DNA of 64,000 bases from Thermoproteota archaeon (GTDB taxonomy: Archaea > Thermoproteota > Thermoprotei > Thermoproteales > Thermocladiaceae): positions 17,049 through 81,048 of the forward strand of contig JAADDN010000168.1 in the NCBI GenBank assembly GCA_013153895.1, given 5' to 3'. The translations under genes and the position numbers were made by a program. Shown here in pieces: positions 63,230 through 64,000 of the stretch; position 1 is the first letter of the stretch, and each line of letters begins with the position of its first letter. The notes beneath the pieces are model-generated. The model did no database searches. It saw nothing but the letters and a program-made list of their open reading frames with translations, and was not told the origin of the DNA.

Positions 63230-63540
63230 GGCTTGAAGAGCTCTGTAACATGTTTGGTGGAGAGTATAGGGATGGGATGTGTATTATTAAGAATTTTGTA
63301 ACATCTGAAAAATATCTGGATGCTACTGATAGTATTACTCTGAGGAATAGTGATATTCTAATAATTAGGAAGCCGTTTGGTGAGATAGTTAGTTCTGATA
63401 AGCCTATTATAGTTGCATTCAGCGATAAGTTGAATGTTTCTGAATATGGTCCATACTATATCTATGATATGGTTATTGGAGAGTCTGGAAACTATCTCAT
63501 TATTCTGCTTCCCGAGAAGGTGCGTAAGGTGGTGAGATGA
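63226..63540 (+). CDS. Right-cassette P3' (paralog of 9082-9423)
   Basis: ATGA coupling and the shared motif. Confidence 0.8.
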   Translation: MRLEELCNMFGGEYRDGMCIIKNFVTSEKYLDATDSITLRNSDILIIRKPFGEIVSSDKPIIVAFSDKLNVSEYGPYYIYDMVIGESGNYLIILLPEKVRKVVR

Positions 63541-63953
63541 GTCTTGGAGGGATCCTATCTAGGTTGGAAATGTTTGACAGGTTCTGCCGTTCTGTTAATG
63601 GTGTTCCAGAGTATAGGGTGGAGATATCTATGAGTAGTAGCAGTATTGAGTTCAGTACAGGTAGGCTGGATGAGGTTGAGAGCAGGATTAGTCGTCTTCA
63701 TCTTGAGAATGCTAGGAGATTTAACATGTATATAACTGCGTCATGTATAGTGTCGGGGATAGTTCCGACAGCTGAGATAAGTTCAAGATTTGACGCTCCT
63801 GTTGATGGTGTTGGCAGGTTAGCGATCTATTATAACAGGAAGAGGTATGATTATGGTGTTGGTAAGCTGAGATGTATGTATGGTATATATAAATTTAATG
63901 ATAGGAGTTATGATAATGAGAGCTGTAGTCTAAGTATAATAGAGGGTGAGTAG
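63537..63953 (+). CDS. Right-cassette P4' (paralog of 8636-9085)
   Basis: ATGA coupling and KRYDYG. Confidence 0.8.
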   Translation: MSLGGILSRLEMFDRFCRSVNGVPEYRVEISMSSSSIEFSTGRLDEVESRISRLHLENARRFNMYITASCIVSGIVPTAEISSRFDAPVDGVGRLAIYYNRKRYDYGVGKLRCMYGIYKFNDRSYDNESCSLSIIEGE

Positions 63954-63956
63954 TTA

Positions 63957-64000
63957 TGAACAGTGAGAAGATTAGGAAAACAGTTGAGGAAGCGTTTGAG
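63957..64000 (+). CDS. Right-cassette P5', N-terminal fragment running off the window
   Basis: ATG at 63957 gives MNSEKIRKTVEEAFE. Not in the track because it has no stop. It resembles the start of 7930-8643. Confidence 0.5.

Overview
AT-rich, densely coding 64-kb window with archaeal, thermophile-like hallmarks: a TFB-type factor, a class I CCA-adding enzyme, Csx3, TATA boxes about 25 nt upstream of start codons (implying leaderless mRNAs), AGA/AGG/ATA codon usage, and Cys/Arg/Tyr/Glu-rich proteins. I found no rRNA, tRNA, ribosomal-protein, aminoacyl-tRNA synthetase, CRISPR array, cas, integrase or transposase genes. The recognisable genes are the set typical of a large virus or plasmid-like replicon. 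Replication: AEP prim-pol, two XPD/Rad3-like helicases, a Ski2/Hel308-like helicase. Nucleotide metabolism: dCTP deaminase/dUTPase, class III RNR NrdD, a glutaredoxin-like protein. RNA repair or counter-defence: P-loop NTPase, two Csx3-like genes, CCA-adding enzyme, RNA ligase. DNA modification candidates: a TGT/DpdA-like protein and a DUF262/ParB-like protein. Also present are a divergent TFB, a membrane-anchored subtilase, a classical AAA+ ATPase, a CPBP protease, large glycosylated surface proteins and many ORFans in paralogous families. A 3.6-kb mostly non-coding region (18478-22133) has mirror-image strand composition, repeated motifs and a lone RHH gene, and separates divergently transcribed blocks. 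It is my candidate origin/control region. Several real-looking genes are missing from the supplied ORF track: a >1587-aa reverse-strand ORF running off the left edge, and several ORFs under 60 aa, including a Cys-rich peptide upstream of a radical SAM enzyme and a second DUF2997-like gene. All functional calls rest on motifs read by eye, because no searches could be run.
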